The notes beneath the pieces were generated by a model, which searched no databases, was not told where the DNA came from, and worked only from the letters and a program-made list of their open reading frames with translations. Of a stretch of DNA of 55,805 bases, positions 24,601 through 36,600 are shown in pieces (position 1 is the stretch's first letter; each line of letters opens with the position of its first letter). The stretch is from Chiloscyllium plagiosum. Lineage: Eukaryota. The stretch covers positions 4,709,834-4,765,638 of the forward strand of contig NC_057752.1 in NCBI RefSeq assembly GCF_004010195.1. The letters are read 5' to 3'. Made by a program: the position numbers and the translations under genes.

Positions 24601-27600
24601 ACAGATGAGCAGAAATATTCATTTTAAACAGGGCCCTTTGTGAAGGATCTGTGTCAAACTGCTTCACAGAGGTTTATAAAATCAAGAGGGGCATGGATAG
24701 GGGGGATAGACAAAGTCTTTTCCCTGGGGTGGGGAGACCAGAACTCAAAGGCGTAGGTTTAGGGTGAGAGGGGAAAGATATAAAAGGGACCTAAGGGGCA
24801 ACTTTTTCCACACAGAGTGTGGTACGTGTATGGAATGAGCTGCCAGAGGAAGTGGTGGAGGCTGGTACAATTGCAGCATTTAAAAGGCATCTGGATGGGT
24901 ATATGAATAAGAAGGGTTCAGAGGGATATGGCCAAATGTTGGCAAATGGGACTAGATTAGATTAGGGATATCTGGTCAACATGGACAAGTTGGACTGAAG
25001 GGTCTGTTTCTGTGCTGTATAAGAGAGACAACACTGAGGTTTTATTGTTGCCATGGGACACCAGAGGCCTATAGTGAAAAGGCTTCACAATGGGACTCAT
25101 CACTGGGAGCTCTGGGCAGCTGTGCTGAGTTGTTACCTTAGACTTGTACCACTCTTCAGCTTCCTGCACGTTCTTGGTGGCAATGGTTTCGTACTGGGTG
25201 CGGATCTCTTTCAGAGCTGCAGTCAGGTCAGGCTTTACCACTTCCATCTCGAGCTGTAGCTGTGAAGCCTGCATGTTCGCCTGCAGGTCCCGCAGCTCCT
25301 GGGATTACAACAGGGAAAACGTAACTCCCCCATCCGTCATGTTTACACCCACCACATAAAACCCACTATTGACCATCCAGTTCCCCCTTTGCAACGCTCT
25401 TTAAGAGAAAAACACCAGAAATAGATGACCTTACAGGAGTTAATTAAAATCATGAGGGCTACAGATAGAGTTAATGGCAGTTGCCTTTTCTCCTAGGAAG
25501 GGGGGTTTCAGAACTGGGGCAGGGGAGGCATTTTTAAGGTGAGAAGAGAGAGATTTAAAATAGCCATGAGGGGCAAGGTTTTTACACAGAGGATGGTTCT
25601 CCCGTGGAATGAGGAAGTGGTGGATGTGGATACAGTTACAACATTTAAAAGACATTTGGATAAGGACATGAAGAGGAAAGGTTTGGAGGGATATGAGCCA
25701 GGAGCAGGCAGGTGGGACTAGGTTAGTTGAGGACTATGGTCAGCATGGACTGGTTGGGCCGAAGGATCTGTTTCCACGCTGTACGACTCTATGATTCTGT
25801 AAAAGGACTGATCATCATTCCAAAACTGGACCCACAATCCTCTGACTCAGAGGCAAGAGCAAACTGAACCACTCAAAGACGGAAATGCTGACAATTCAAT
25901 CAAAGCATGGAAGTCAACGGTTACAAGATGGAGAGCTCTGACCTGCATCTGGGCCCAGCCGAGAATGCAGAGTGTGGATACAGGAAAAGGCTTTCATTTC
26001 CCACGACCGAGGCCCCTTGAGGGAGGCAAGGAACAACCCCGAACCTCCAACGGCCCAGCTCACCTCATTGTGTATCTTCTTGAGAAACTCGATCTCGTCT
26101 AGCAGAGATTCCACCTTTCTCTCCAGCTCCAGCCGAGTCAAAGTCGCATCATCCACATCCTGTGGGGGTTCACGTTAGGGGACGGGGGGGTGCAGGGAGT
26201 AAGCCAGAGAGGGAGAGAACAGGAACATGCAAAGGGCATTCAGGGGGAAGGGGTAAGGGGCCAAAGAACGGAAGACATTTTAATTTCTGTCTTCGAGCTG
26301 GTTGTTATCGTTGTCAGAGCAATGCTCAGTTTCAATTGCTGACTCGGATTCAGTTTTCGAGAGAGTATTTTGCTAAAAATGGTCGCTTTGATGCTCAAGT
26401 TTAGGGCAAAATGTCCCACTTTAAGTCTCCATGGCAGCTGAGGCTTTGCTGCTTGCTGTGATACACTTGCAGTGTCTCAAAAGCAAGGTTCACAAACCTT
26501 CCTCTGAAGGCATGACACACTAGACTCAAAACCATAACTCGGTTCCTCACTCCACACTTGCTGCCAGACCTGCTGAGTTTCTGTTTTTTAATTCACCCTG
26601 TGTTGTGCAAATTATGACATCGTTTCCAGCACAAATATTTCTTCCACCTTCTAATATCTTGGAATGGATGTGCTGGTGGCCCAGTGGTTAGTACTGCTGC
26701 CTCACAGCACCAGGAACCTGGTATTGATCCCACCCTTGGGCTGTGTGTGGAGTTTGCACATTGTCTCCGTGCCTATGCGGGTTTGCTCCGGTTTCCTCCC
26801 ACAGTCCAAAGATGTGCAGGTCAGGGTGGATTGGCAGGGCTACAGGGACAGGTTGGGCAGGTGGTGGGTCTCGATGGGATGCTTTTCAGAGGGTCAGTGT
26901 CGACTTGATGGGCCGAACGGCCTGCTTCTACACTGGAGGGATTCCATGATAATATCTGCTGCAAATCTGGTGAGCCCCACTCCTCAGGGGCAGCTGAGAG
27001 AAGGCTGACAGATTTAACAAGCCATGGCCCCTCCGACAGTGCAGCCTCCCACCAGCTCTGCGCTGATCGATCAGGCACAATTTATTTGGTCAATCTTCCG
27101 GTCTGAAGCGGAGGGAAGTGTGTTACAACTTAAACTGCAGCGGTTCCAGAAGGCAACTCACTACCAACTCCTCCAGAGCAACTGGGGACGGGCAATAAAT
27201 GCTGGACCCAGCCACATTCCACAACCACATATTAAAGACAGAGCCACACCAAGAGCCCAGGCAAGTGCAGAGAACAAGGCTGCGAGATTTTTAATTTTTG
27301 TGATGGCTCACACCCTCCCATCAAATCACAATTTAACCCCTTAAATTCCAGGAAATACAACCTTTTCTTTTGTAATTTAAGCCCTGGGAGTCTAGCTATT
27401 AGTTTGGTGTATCTGTGCTGCGCTCCCTCCAAGGTCTGACACCCAGAACTGCTCATGGTTACTCTAGGTGTGGTCCAACCAGGGCTTTGTATAGGAAGGA
27501 TGTTGTGAAACTTGAAAGGGCTCAGAAAAGATTTACAAGGATGTTGCCAGGGTTGGAGGATCTGAGCTAAAGGGAGAGGCTGAACAGGCTGGGGCTGTTT

Positions 27601-30600
27601 TCCCTGGAGTGTCGGAGGCTGAGGGGTGACCTTATAGAGGTTTACAAAATCGTGAGGGATATGGATAGGGTAAATAGACAAGGTCTTTTCCCTGGGGTCG
27701 GGGAGTCCACAACTAGAGGGATGAAGGAGCAGCACTCTGAAAGCTTGTGATTTCAAATAAACCTGTTGGACTATAACCTGGTGTCATGTGACTTCTGACC
27801 CTGTCTGGAATGAGAGTGAAATGCGTAAATTACAGACACCTTTTTTTTTGTCAATGTCTCTACTTCCCAACCATTACTGTGTGTACTGTAACCATTTTCA
27901 GTAGAGCACAGAATTATTTAGATAGGGTCCAGCAGAAAACCTCTATCAATCACTGGGACAGAGCCACACCAGCTCCATTCCCAGGGATGCAGCACTTTCT
28001 CGGTCACAAAGTCTACATTCTGCAACATTTCTTTTCCCTTGCTAGCAGCTCGTGCTAGCTCTGTGTTGTGAGTTCTAGAAAGGTTTGGTGCAGATATCTG
28101 CTGTTCAGGATTTGAAAAATGCCTCTTGTATATTCTACCATGCTGAGCATTTGGCTCTCCCAATATGTGCCAGCTTTGGTCGGAGTGTTTATCTTCGGGG
28201 AAGTGGTGGCAGACGGGAAAGCGATAGGTAATTGCAGACGGTGGTATTACCAGTGGCCAGCAGTCTGGACCAGTTTACTCACCTTCCTGAACAGTAACAG
28301 ATTACTCTCAGCATCCTCCCTCTTCTGAGCTTCCTCTTCCAACCTGCAGCACAAATACACACGACCATTACTGATCTCCCGGCCTGACCGCAAAACCGTC
28401 ACCACCCCATGCTGCAGCAGTGACCTGTGGCATTGCTGGACCTCTCCTTTAAGTGGTGCATGTTGACGTACCAACACAACTGGTATGCATTTCAACAGCA
28501 CCACCTCCCATCTCGTCCATCAGCCACTCTGGAACATGGCTGTATTTCTCTTTTGTTTGTTTGCTTTCCCCACACGTAGCATAGAATCCTGACAGGCCCT
28601 TTGGCCCAACATGTCCACACCAACCTTCCAAAGAGTATCCCACTCAGTGCCCTACCCTACATGTACCCCAGACTAATAATCTAACTTACACATCCCTAGA
28701 AACTACAGGACAATTTAGCATGGCCAATCCACCCTAACTTGCACATCCCTGGGCACTACGGGACAATGTAGCACAGCAATCCACCCTAACCTGCACATCC
28801 CGGGGCACTATGGGACAATTTAGCATGGCCAATCCACCCTAACCTACACATCCCGGGGCACTATGGGACAATTTAGCATGGCCAATCCACCCTAACCTGC
28901 ACACCTTTGGACTGTGGCAGGAAACCAGAGCACCTGGAGGAAACCCACACAGACACAGGGTTCCCACCCTGAGGCTGGGATCGAACCCGGGTCCCTGGTG
29001 CCATGAGGCAGCAGTGCCAGCCACTGTGCCACCCATCCCACTAAACAAGCTGCAAAGTGAGGATCTGGGTGAGCGGTTTTATGGCAACTGGGGGGCAGGG
29101 TGGTGGTTGGCAAGGGCACCAGGCAACCCTCCCCACTCTTGTGGGAACATTTACAGCCCTGAGTTGACGAGAGGCGGCACTTCCCTTCCCTCTCCACCCT
29201 TAGGACCCTTCCCCCCACCCCCTTCGGCGCTTTAGCACCCGCCGAGATAATCAAGCGTTCCCCTGGAGCTAGATGTAACCTTGTCTCTGGCCATCTCACT
29301 TAGGGAGTGCCCAGTGAAGGGCAGGTTGGTGCTGGGAAAGCTGGTGCGCGCTCTCTCTCTCTGCGCGCGGGAGAGGGCGAATGTCAGGATTACCTCAGCT
29401 GTCCGCCACCCACCACCAGGGGCCTCTGCTGGCCATCTGTTTCGGAAGGTGGTTGCGAAGAATTCGGATTTCTAACAAAGCCATGTGCCCTCCCACCCCC
29501 TTCTCCCGCGGGCATTGTATGGGTGGCAGCTGCCATCTGGCATCCCAGCAACCCCGGCTCCTTTCAGCCCTCGCTGGTCCAGGGCCTTTGGAATTGATGC
29601 CAAGGTTCGGTCAAAGCGGCGCTTCCTGAAACCTGCAGCCTCCCTGCTCTGCGTCGTGTCATTAAACCTTCGAGGAACCCATTAATAATAGGGGCACACA
29701 CCAGTGATTGAGGCCTTTAGTTTGCATCCAGAGGCTTGCGAACACGATGCCTGAAGGGTGGGAGGGGGTGTTTAAAAAGAAAGTAGCTGGCCCTGTGAAA
29801 GACCACAGCTTCCAGGGCTACAGGACACAAAGGGCCTCTCTCTCTCTCTGTGCTGTGACGCAGGGTCAGGCCTGTGGGGATGATGTTCGGGAAAGTGCAC
29901 AGTGATGGAAGACACCTACCTTTTAAAACTCTGCTGTGACAAAAGGAGCTCTTGACTTCAACAGGGAATCCACAGAACATCACGTGGAACAGATTTGCAA
30001 GAGGATATAAACCTTGAGCTCAGAGGTAGTGTCCCTACCTATGAGCAAGGAGGCCTGGGTTCAAGTCCCACCTACTCCCAAGGTGTGCCAATACAGGGCG
30101 GCACGGTGACTCAGTGGTTAGCACTGCTGCCTCACAGCACCAGGGACCCACGTTCAATTCCAGCCATGGGCGACCGTCTGTGTGGAGTTTGCACATTCTC
30201 CCCGTGTCTGCGTGGGTTTCCGCCGGGTGCTCCGGTTTCCTCCCACAGTCCAAAGATGTGCAGGTTAGGGTGGATTGGCCATGCTCAATTGCCCATAGTG
30301 TTAGGTGCATTAGTCAGAGGGGCGTGGGTTACTCTTCGGAGGGACTTATTGGGTCGAAGGGCCTGTTTCCACACTGTAGGGAATCTAATCTAATCTCTGA
30401 ACAGCCTGATGCGAAATTATCGAGAAATCCTGTCCGACATTAGTGAGGGGCCCAGCATATAGGATTCACCTCCAACTGACCTTATTGGAGGGAAATCATT
30501 CGACCCAAACTCCCCCCCCTGAACATGTTTGATCTGTCAGCTTCAGCAAACTGAAGAATATTGGAGAAGGAGCAGTCCTGATCATTTACAAATGTGCTTC

Positions 30601-33600
30601 TACTATTTTACAATGTTGCCTGGTGACTCTGGGTTTAAAATTCAATAAAACTAAGCTCTGAGCCTTGACTGCATAAAATGTGGTCCCACATGCAGGGGTA
30701 ATTAGACAAAGTCCGTTCCCTGGGCTGGGGAGTCCAGAACTAGAGAGCATAGGTTCAGGGTGAGAGGGGAAAGATATAAAAAGGACCTAAGGGGCAACTT
30801 TTTCATGCAGAGGGTGGTACATGTATGGAACAAACTGTCAGAGGAAGTGATGGAGACTGGTACAATTACAGCACTTAAAAGGCATCTGGATGGGTATATG
30901 AATAGGAAGGGTTTGGAGGGATATGGACCAAGTACTGGCAAGTGGAACTAGATTAGGTTAGGATATCTAGCCAGCATGAAAGAGTTAGACTGAAGGGTCT
31001 GTTTCCATGCTGTACGTCTCTATGACTCTAACAAGGACAAGAATTTTCAAATGAGTGCCATGCTTCACCAATGTAGGTCAGAGAGCATAGGGCTGGTATA
31101 TGAACCCAGGATGTGGTGGGAGTCAGGTCATGGGGTAGCAGAGGTTTGGGTGAGTTGAGGTTGATGGAGGGTAGAATGTGGGGGAAACCAGCTGAGAGTG
31201 TGCTGAAATAACTTTGAGGGAACAGAGGTTTGAGGGAGGGTTTCAGCAGGCAGGATGTTGAGTGATGTTGCAGCGACGTGGTGATTCGTGGCCATAAGAA
31301 ATGGAGTGAAGGTACAAACAGAATATCTCCCCAGTGTGAACCGAGACGCTGTCTGGCCAAGCCGCAGACAGATGCCACGGAGAGGGATGGAGTTGTTTTG
31401 CAGTCAGGGATTGAAGGCAGTGGCCTCGGTCTTCTCACTGTTGACCAGATCACCCCCAGCACTAAATCAATGATGAGCTGCTCTGGATGATTTCTCTCAC
31501 CTCCCACCACTCCCCACACCCCCCCGCCACTTGCCTGCATCAAAGTGGCTCCAACACCCCCATTGTGTTGAGCGACTGGAAGAAGGATTCAATCTGAGAC
31601 CGTATGGTGTCCACTTGAGGTGTCTGGAATTGTGTGTGTCTCAGTGACTCAGAAAAAAAATCAAGATGGCACCCTTCTGCATTCTGATAGAAACAGTGTG
31701 GCTCAGTGGTTAGCATTGCTGCCTCGCAGCACCAGGAACCCAGGTCCGATTCCAGCCTCAAGTAACTGTATGGAGTTTGCTCCCAGTGTCTGCGTGGGTT
31801 TCCTCCCACAGTCCAAAGATGGACAGGTTAGGAGGACTGGCCATGCTAAATTGCCCATAGTGCCTATGGATGTGCAGGCTAGGTGGGTTAGCTATGGGAA
31901 TGCTGGGTTAGGGTGGGATGCCCTTTGGAGGGTTGGTGGCAGCTGAATGGCGTCTATCTGCACCTTCGGGGATTCTCGGTGTACACCCTCGGCAGGACAA
32001 GCTGCTGTCATGTAGCCCCGGGTTGGAGGGGGAAACTGGAATTCCTCAGCACTCAACAGTCAAGCTGCCGTTGGACAGTTGACAATTTGTACTCCTATGG
32101 ACGAGCAAGGAGCCAAATACTTGGTATCATTTCTGACCAACGGCAATAACTGGTCAATAACTGGCCTCATCCTGACTGAAGGCTCTCAGTGATCTCAGGT
32201 TAGAGAGGAGAGGAAAATAATCTGTGACTCCTCCTTGCCGCAGCACTCCCAGGGCTGCTGCATTACTGTGTGCAAATTATAGAGGCCTTGAATCTGGAAA
32301 GTTCTGCCTTAGAAGGCCAGAGTCATGCCAACCATTGTATATCCTATCCTTTGCTTGTTGTGGGACAGTGTTTCATCTAAGTTTCAGAGGGAGAAAGCAG
32401 CAAACTCCATCATCCAACATCAACCTTCCTTCTCCCCATCACCTGGAATATTCCCTGCATTGGTTCTGCAGCATTCAGAACCTGACAGATAAAATCAAAG
32501 AGTTTATGAAGCAATGCTTGCTCCTGTATTATTGAATAGATCAGAAGGCTAAACTACGAGAAAGATTGACACTGAATGGTTATTGATAGCACAGGTCAGT
32601 TAGCTGAGGGCCAGTAATGATGGAATAGGAACTTGGCTCAGTTCGGAGCCAGAAGATCCAGGGGAGACATTGCAAGCCAAGGAGAGTGAAAGGTTATCAA
32701 GGGAAGACGGGAATGTGAGTAATTAGATCAGCCCTGATCCTATTGAATGGCAGAGAAGGCTCAAGGGGTTAATTAACCTATTCCTGTCATATATTCATAT
32801 TGAAGGATTTGGGCTTGTTTCAAGACTAGAAATGGTTATAGAGTCATACAGCATGGAAACAGACCCTTTGGTCAAACTCATCTATGCTGATCAGATATCC
32901 CAATCTGACCTAGTCCCATTTGCCAGCACTTGGTCCATATCCCTCTAAACCCTTCCTATTCATATACCCATCTAGATGCCTTTTAAATGTTGTAATTGTA
33001 CCAGTCTCCATCACTTCCTCTGGCAGCTCATTCCATACACACACTACCCTCTGTGAAAAAGTTACCCCTTAGGTCNNNNNNNNNNNNNNNNNNNNNNNNN
33101 NNNNNNNNNNNNNNNNNNNNNNNNNNNNNNNNNNNNNNNNNNNNNNNNNNNNNNNNNNNNNNNNNNNNNNNNNNNNNNNNNNNNNNNNNNNNNNNNNNNN
33201 NNNNNNNNNNNNNNNNNNNNNNNNNNNNNNNNNNNNNNNNNNNNNNNNNNNNNNNNNNNNNNNNNNNNNNNNNNNNNNNNNNNNNNNNNNNNNNNNNNNN
33301 NNNNNNNNNNNNNNNNNNNNNNNNNNNNNNNNNNNNNNNNNNNNNNNNNNNNNNNNNNNNNNNNNNNNNNNNNNNNNNNNNNNNNNNNNNNNNNNNNNNN
33401 NNNNNNNNNNNNNNNNNNNNNNNNNNNNNNNNNNNNNNNNNNNNNNCTGGGCTCCCCCACCCCAGGGGGAAAAGACCTTGTCTATTTATCCCATCCATGC
33501 CCCTCATGATTTTATAACCCTCTATAAGGTCACCTCTCAGCCCCCGATGCTCCAGGGAAAACAGCCCCAGCCTATTCAGCCTCTCCCTATAGCTCAAATC

Positions 33601-36600
33601 CCCCAACCCAGCAACATCCTTGAAAATCTTTTCTGCACCCTCTCATGTTTAACAACACCTTTCCCATAGCAGGGAGACCAGAATTGCATGCAATATTCCA
33701 AAAGTGGCCCAACCAACGTCCCGTACAGCGACACAATGACATTCCAATTCCTAACATTTCAAGAGAAAGCCGTTAATTGTTTAATTACATCTAGACTTTT
33801 GTTTCACTTGACAAAGCCCACTTAACTACACCGTAAGTTTTTCCCATCTCGATTTGATGCTAGGTCACTTTTCCCTGTCACTTTTAATTCTTGGGCTCCT
33901 CATTAATTACTGCTCTCTCTGTGTCAGGACCTCTGGAGAAACCTTACTGTGCAGCTTTTAAAAAGAATCATTTTCATAATGTCTTTAAAACAGAAGGCAA
34001 ATGTTACTGTTTGGTTTCAAGCATCCCCAAATTCTGCTTGTTTGTTCTTATAAAGGAAACATACAACTTTTGCAGAAGTAACATTAGATTATATGCAACT
34101 TTTCTTTCTTTTAAAATGATCCTGTAGTGATTGTAACAAGGTCAGGTAGGTCGACCTCATAGAATCTGAGTTCCCCGATTGGGGCTGTTAACCTGGTTCA
34201 ATCAGGGAGCCCTGGCTGACAGGTAACCACAGGAGGGTCAGATCACACTGAGAGCTGGCTCTGAGGGAGCTGGATCAGTGTCAAGGACTCTCCACATGTA
34301 AATAAAGGAGGACTTTGTGACTGGATACCGGCCTCTGGGGAGTTATTTCAGTGGCGACGAGAGTAAAGCACGTTCCTGAAATAACTCGCAACAGTTCTCT
34401 GTAGATTGGGGTGAGCACCATGCTGTTATTTGGGAAGCTTGTTCTGACACCTCTTATGGCCCTGAGTGGAGAGACCCAGGAAACTGCAGGCCAAGGATAC
34501 ACAGGCTAGATAACAACCAAGAGTGGAGAATGACTGAAGCAGCACATCTAACAACAATGGACTGAATTCATCTAGCCCTATCAACAATGTGAAACTGACA
34601 GGTTGGAATTCAGTCACAGTAAGAAGCTAGGTCACTTGGTTCAGGCCTGTGGCCAGTGGAGTGCCACAAGGGTCTTTGCTGGGTCCACTGCTTTCCGTCA
34701 TTTATATAAATGATTCGGATGTGAGCATAGGAGTTACAGTTAGTAAGTTTGCAGATGACACCAAAATTGAAGATGTAGTGGACAGCGAAGAAGGTTACCT
34801 CAGATTACAACGGGAGCTTGATCAGATGGGCCAATGGGCTGAGGAGTGGCAGATGGAGTTTAATTTAGATAAATGCGAGGTGCTGCATCTTGGGAAAGGC
34901 AAATCAGGGTAGGATTTATACACTTAATGGTAAAGTCATGGTGAGTATTGCTGAACAAAGAGACCTTGGAATGCAGGTTCATAGTTCCTTGAAAGTAGAG
35001 TTGCAGGTAGAGAGGGTTGGGGGATTTGAGCTATAGGGAGGGGCTGAATAGGCTGGGGCTGTTTTCCCTGGAGCGTTGGAGGCTGAGGGGTGACCTTATA
35101 GAGGGCTATAAAATCATGAGGGGCATAGATAGGATAAATAGAGTAGGGGAGTCCAGAACTAGAGGGCATAGGTTTAGGGTGAGAGAGGAAAGATTTAAAA
35201 GCTCAGTACTGAACAGGGCAGTGTACAATTTTTCACTCGAGTTCAGTGAAACCCCATGCTGTTTAAAACCACAGTGAAGAAGGTTTCACTCATTTCCCAG
35301 AAGCTGACCCAGTCACTGTAACAATGCGAGAAGCATCCAGAAGATAGTTTGCTTCTTTGATTCAACTCATGTTTTTTCTCATTTCAAATGATTTCTGCTT
35401 AGAAAGCACAGGAAACTGCACCATGCAATGCGAGGTGTGAGTCAAGTATTTTGCCTGAATAGAGATGATTTCTGACAATATTTGAGTCAGTCAGATCACA
35501 GTTCCTACCTGACCTGACAGATATTGAAGGCCGGTGTGCAGGATGGACTTTAAAATAGTCAACATCCTCCTTGCTTTCACTTTGTTTCTGGATGTTTGCA
35601 CAGATCTAGCTTTGAGTAGGGACCATCTGTGGAAGACCATGCAGAATGGACAACTAGGCAAAAGAAGCGGACTTCAATTAGTCACCATTTCACGGATAGA
35701 ATAAAGAAAATGGTGTGTGTGGAGAAATGATGCATCTAAGCAGGAGATCACAGCTCACACAGGGCTTAGGGTTAATGGCTCATGGAAAGTACTTGCTCAA
35801 TACAGAATCCTTCAGTCAGGATCAAAGACAACTCGAGGCCAATTCACAAAACAGGAAATCCAGATAAGTATATATAGCCATAGAGCCTAACACTGAGCTG
35901 AATGTATACACAGCGTTCAGAAGACCAGGAGAATCGACGTTTTGGGCAAAAGCTCTTCATCAGGAATGAGGCTTGTGAGCCGAGGGGGTGGAGAGATGAA
36001 TGGGAGAGGGGTGGGGCTGGGGGGAGGTAGCTGCCTTGTAGAGAGAGGAGGAGAACTTCTTCAAGGTAGGCATCCTTGCAAGAGGATTCGCAGTAGGGTT
36101 AAAATCAACTAGGAGAAAGGTGAGGACTGCAACTGCTGGAGATCAGAGTAGAGAGTGTGGTGCTGGAAAAGCTCTGTTCCCCCCCAGCCCCAACCCCCCC
36201 TCCCATTTATCTCTCCACCCCCTTGGCTCACCAGCCTCATTCCTGATGAAGGGCTTTTGCCCAAAACGTCGATTCTCCTGCTCCTCGGATGCTGCCTGAC
36301 CTGCTGTGCTTTTCCAGCGCTACACTCTCAACTCTGATCTCCAGCAGCTGCAGTCCTCACTTTCTCCTGAGGAAGTCTGTAGAACATGTTTATGACTGAT
36401 GGTATCGTGTTGCTATCTTTGGCCATCAGAAACCTAACAGTATTGGCCGTGATGGGGGCTGAAGAATTCAGAGCAGTTGGTTTAAGTCTTTGTCAATGTG
36501 GCTTCCCTTGTTTCCAAACTGCAGGGCCAGCAGAACCTGACTGTGGCCTGCAAAACGCCAAGGAAATCACTTCAACATCTCCACTGGACAAGGTCCTATT

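Noticed and set aside
23815..25136. In-frame intron 4 retention isoform like mouse Per61
   Set aside because: Intron 4 here is 1.3 kb and repeat-filled, and the read-through frame stops near 24957.
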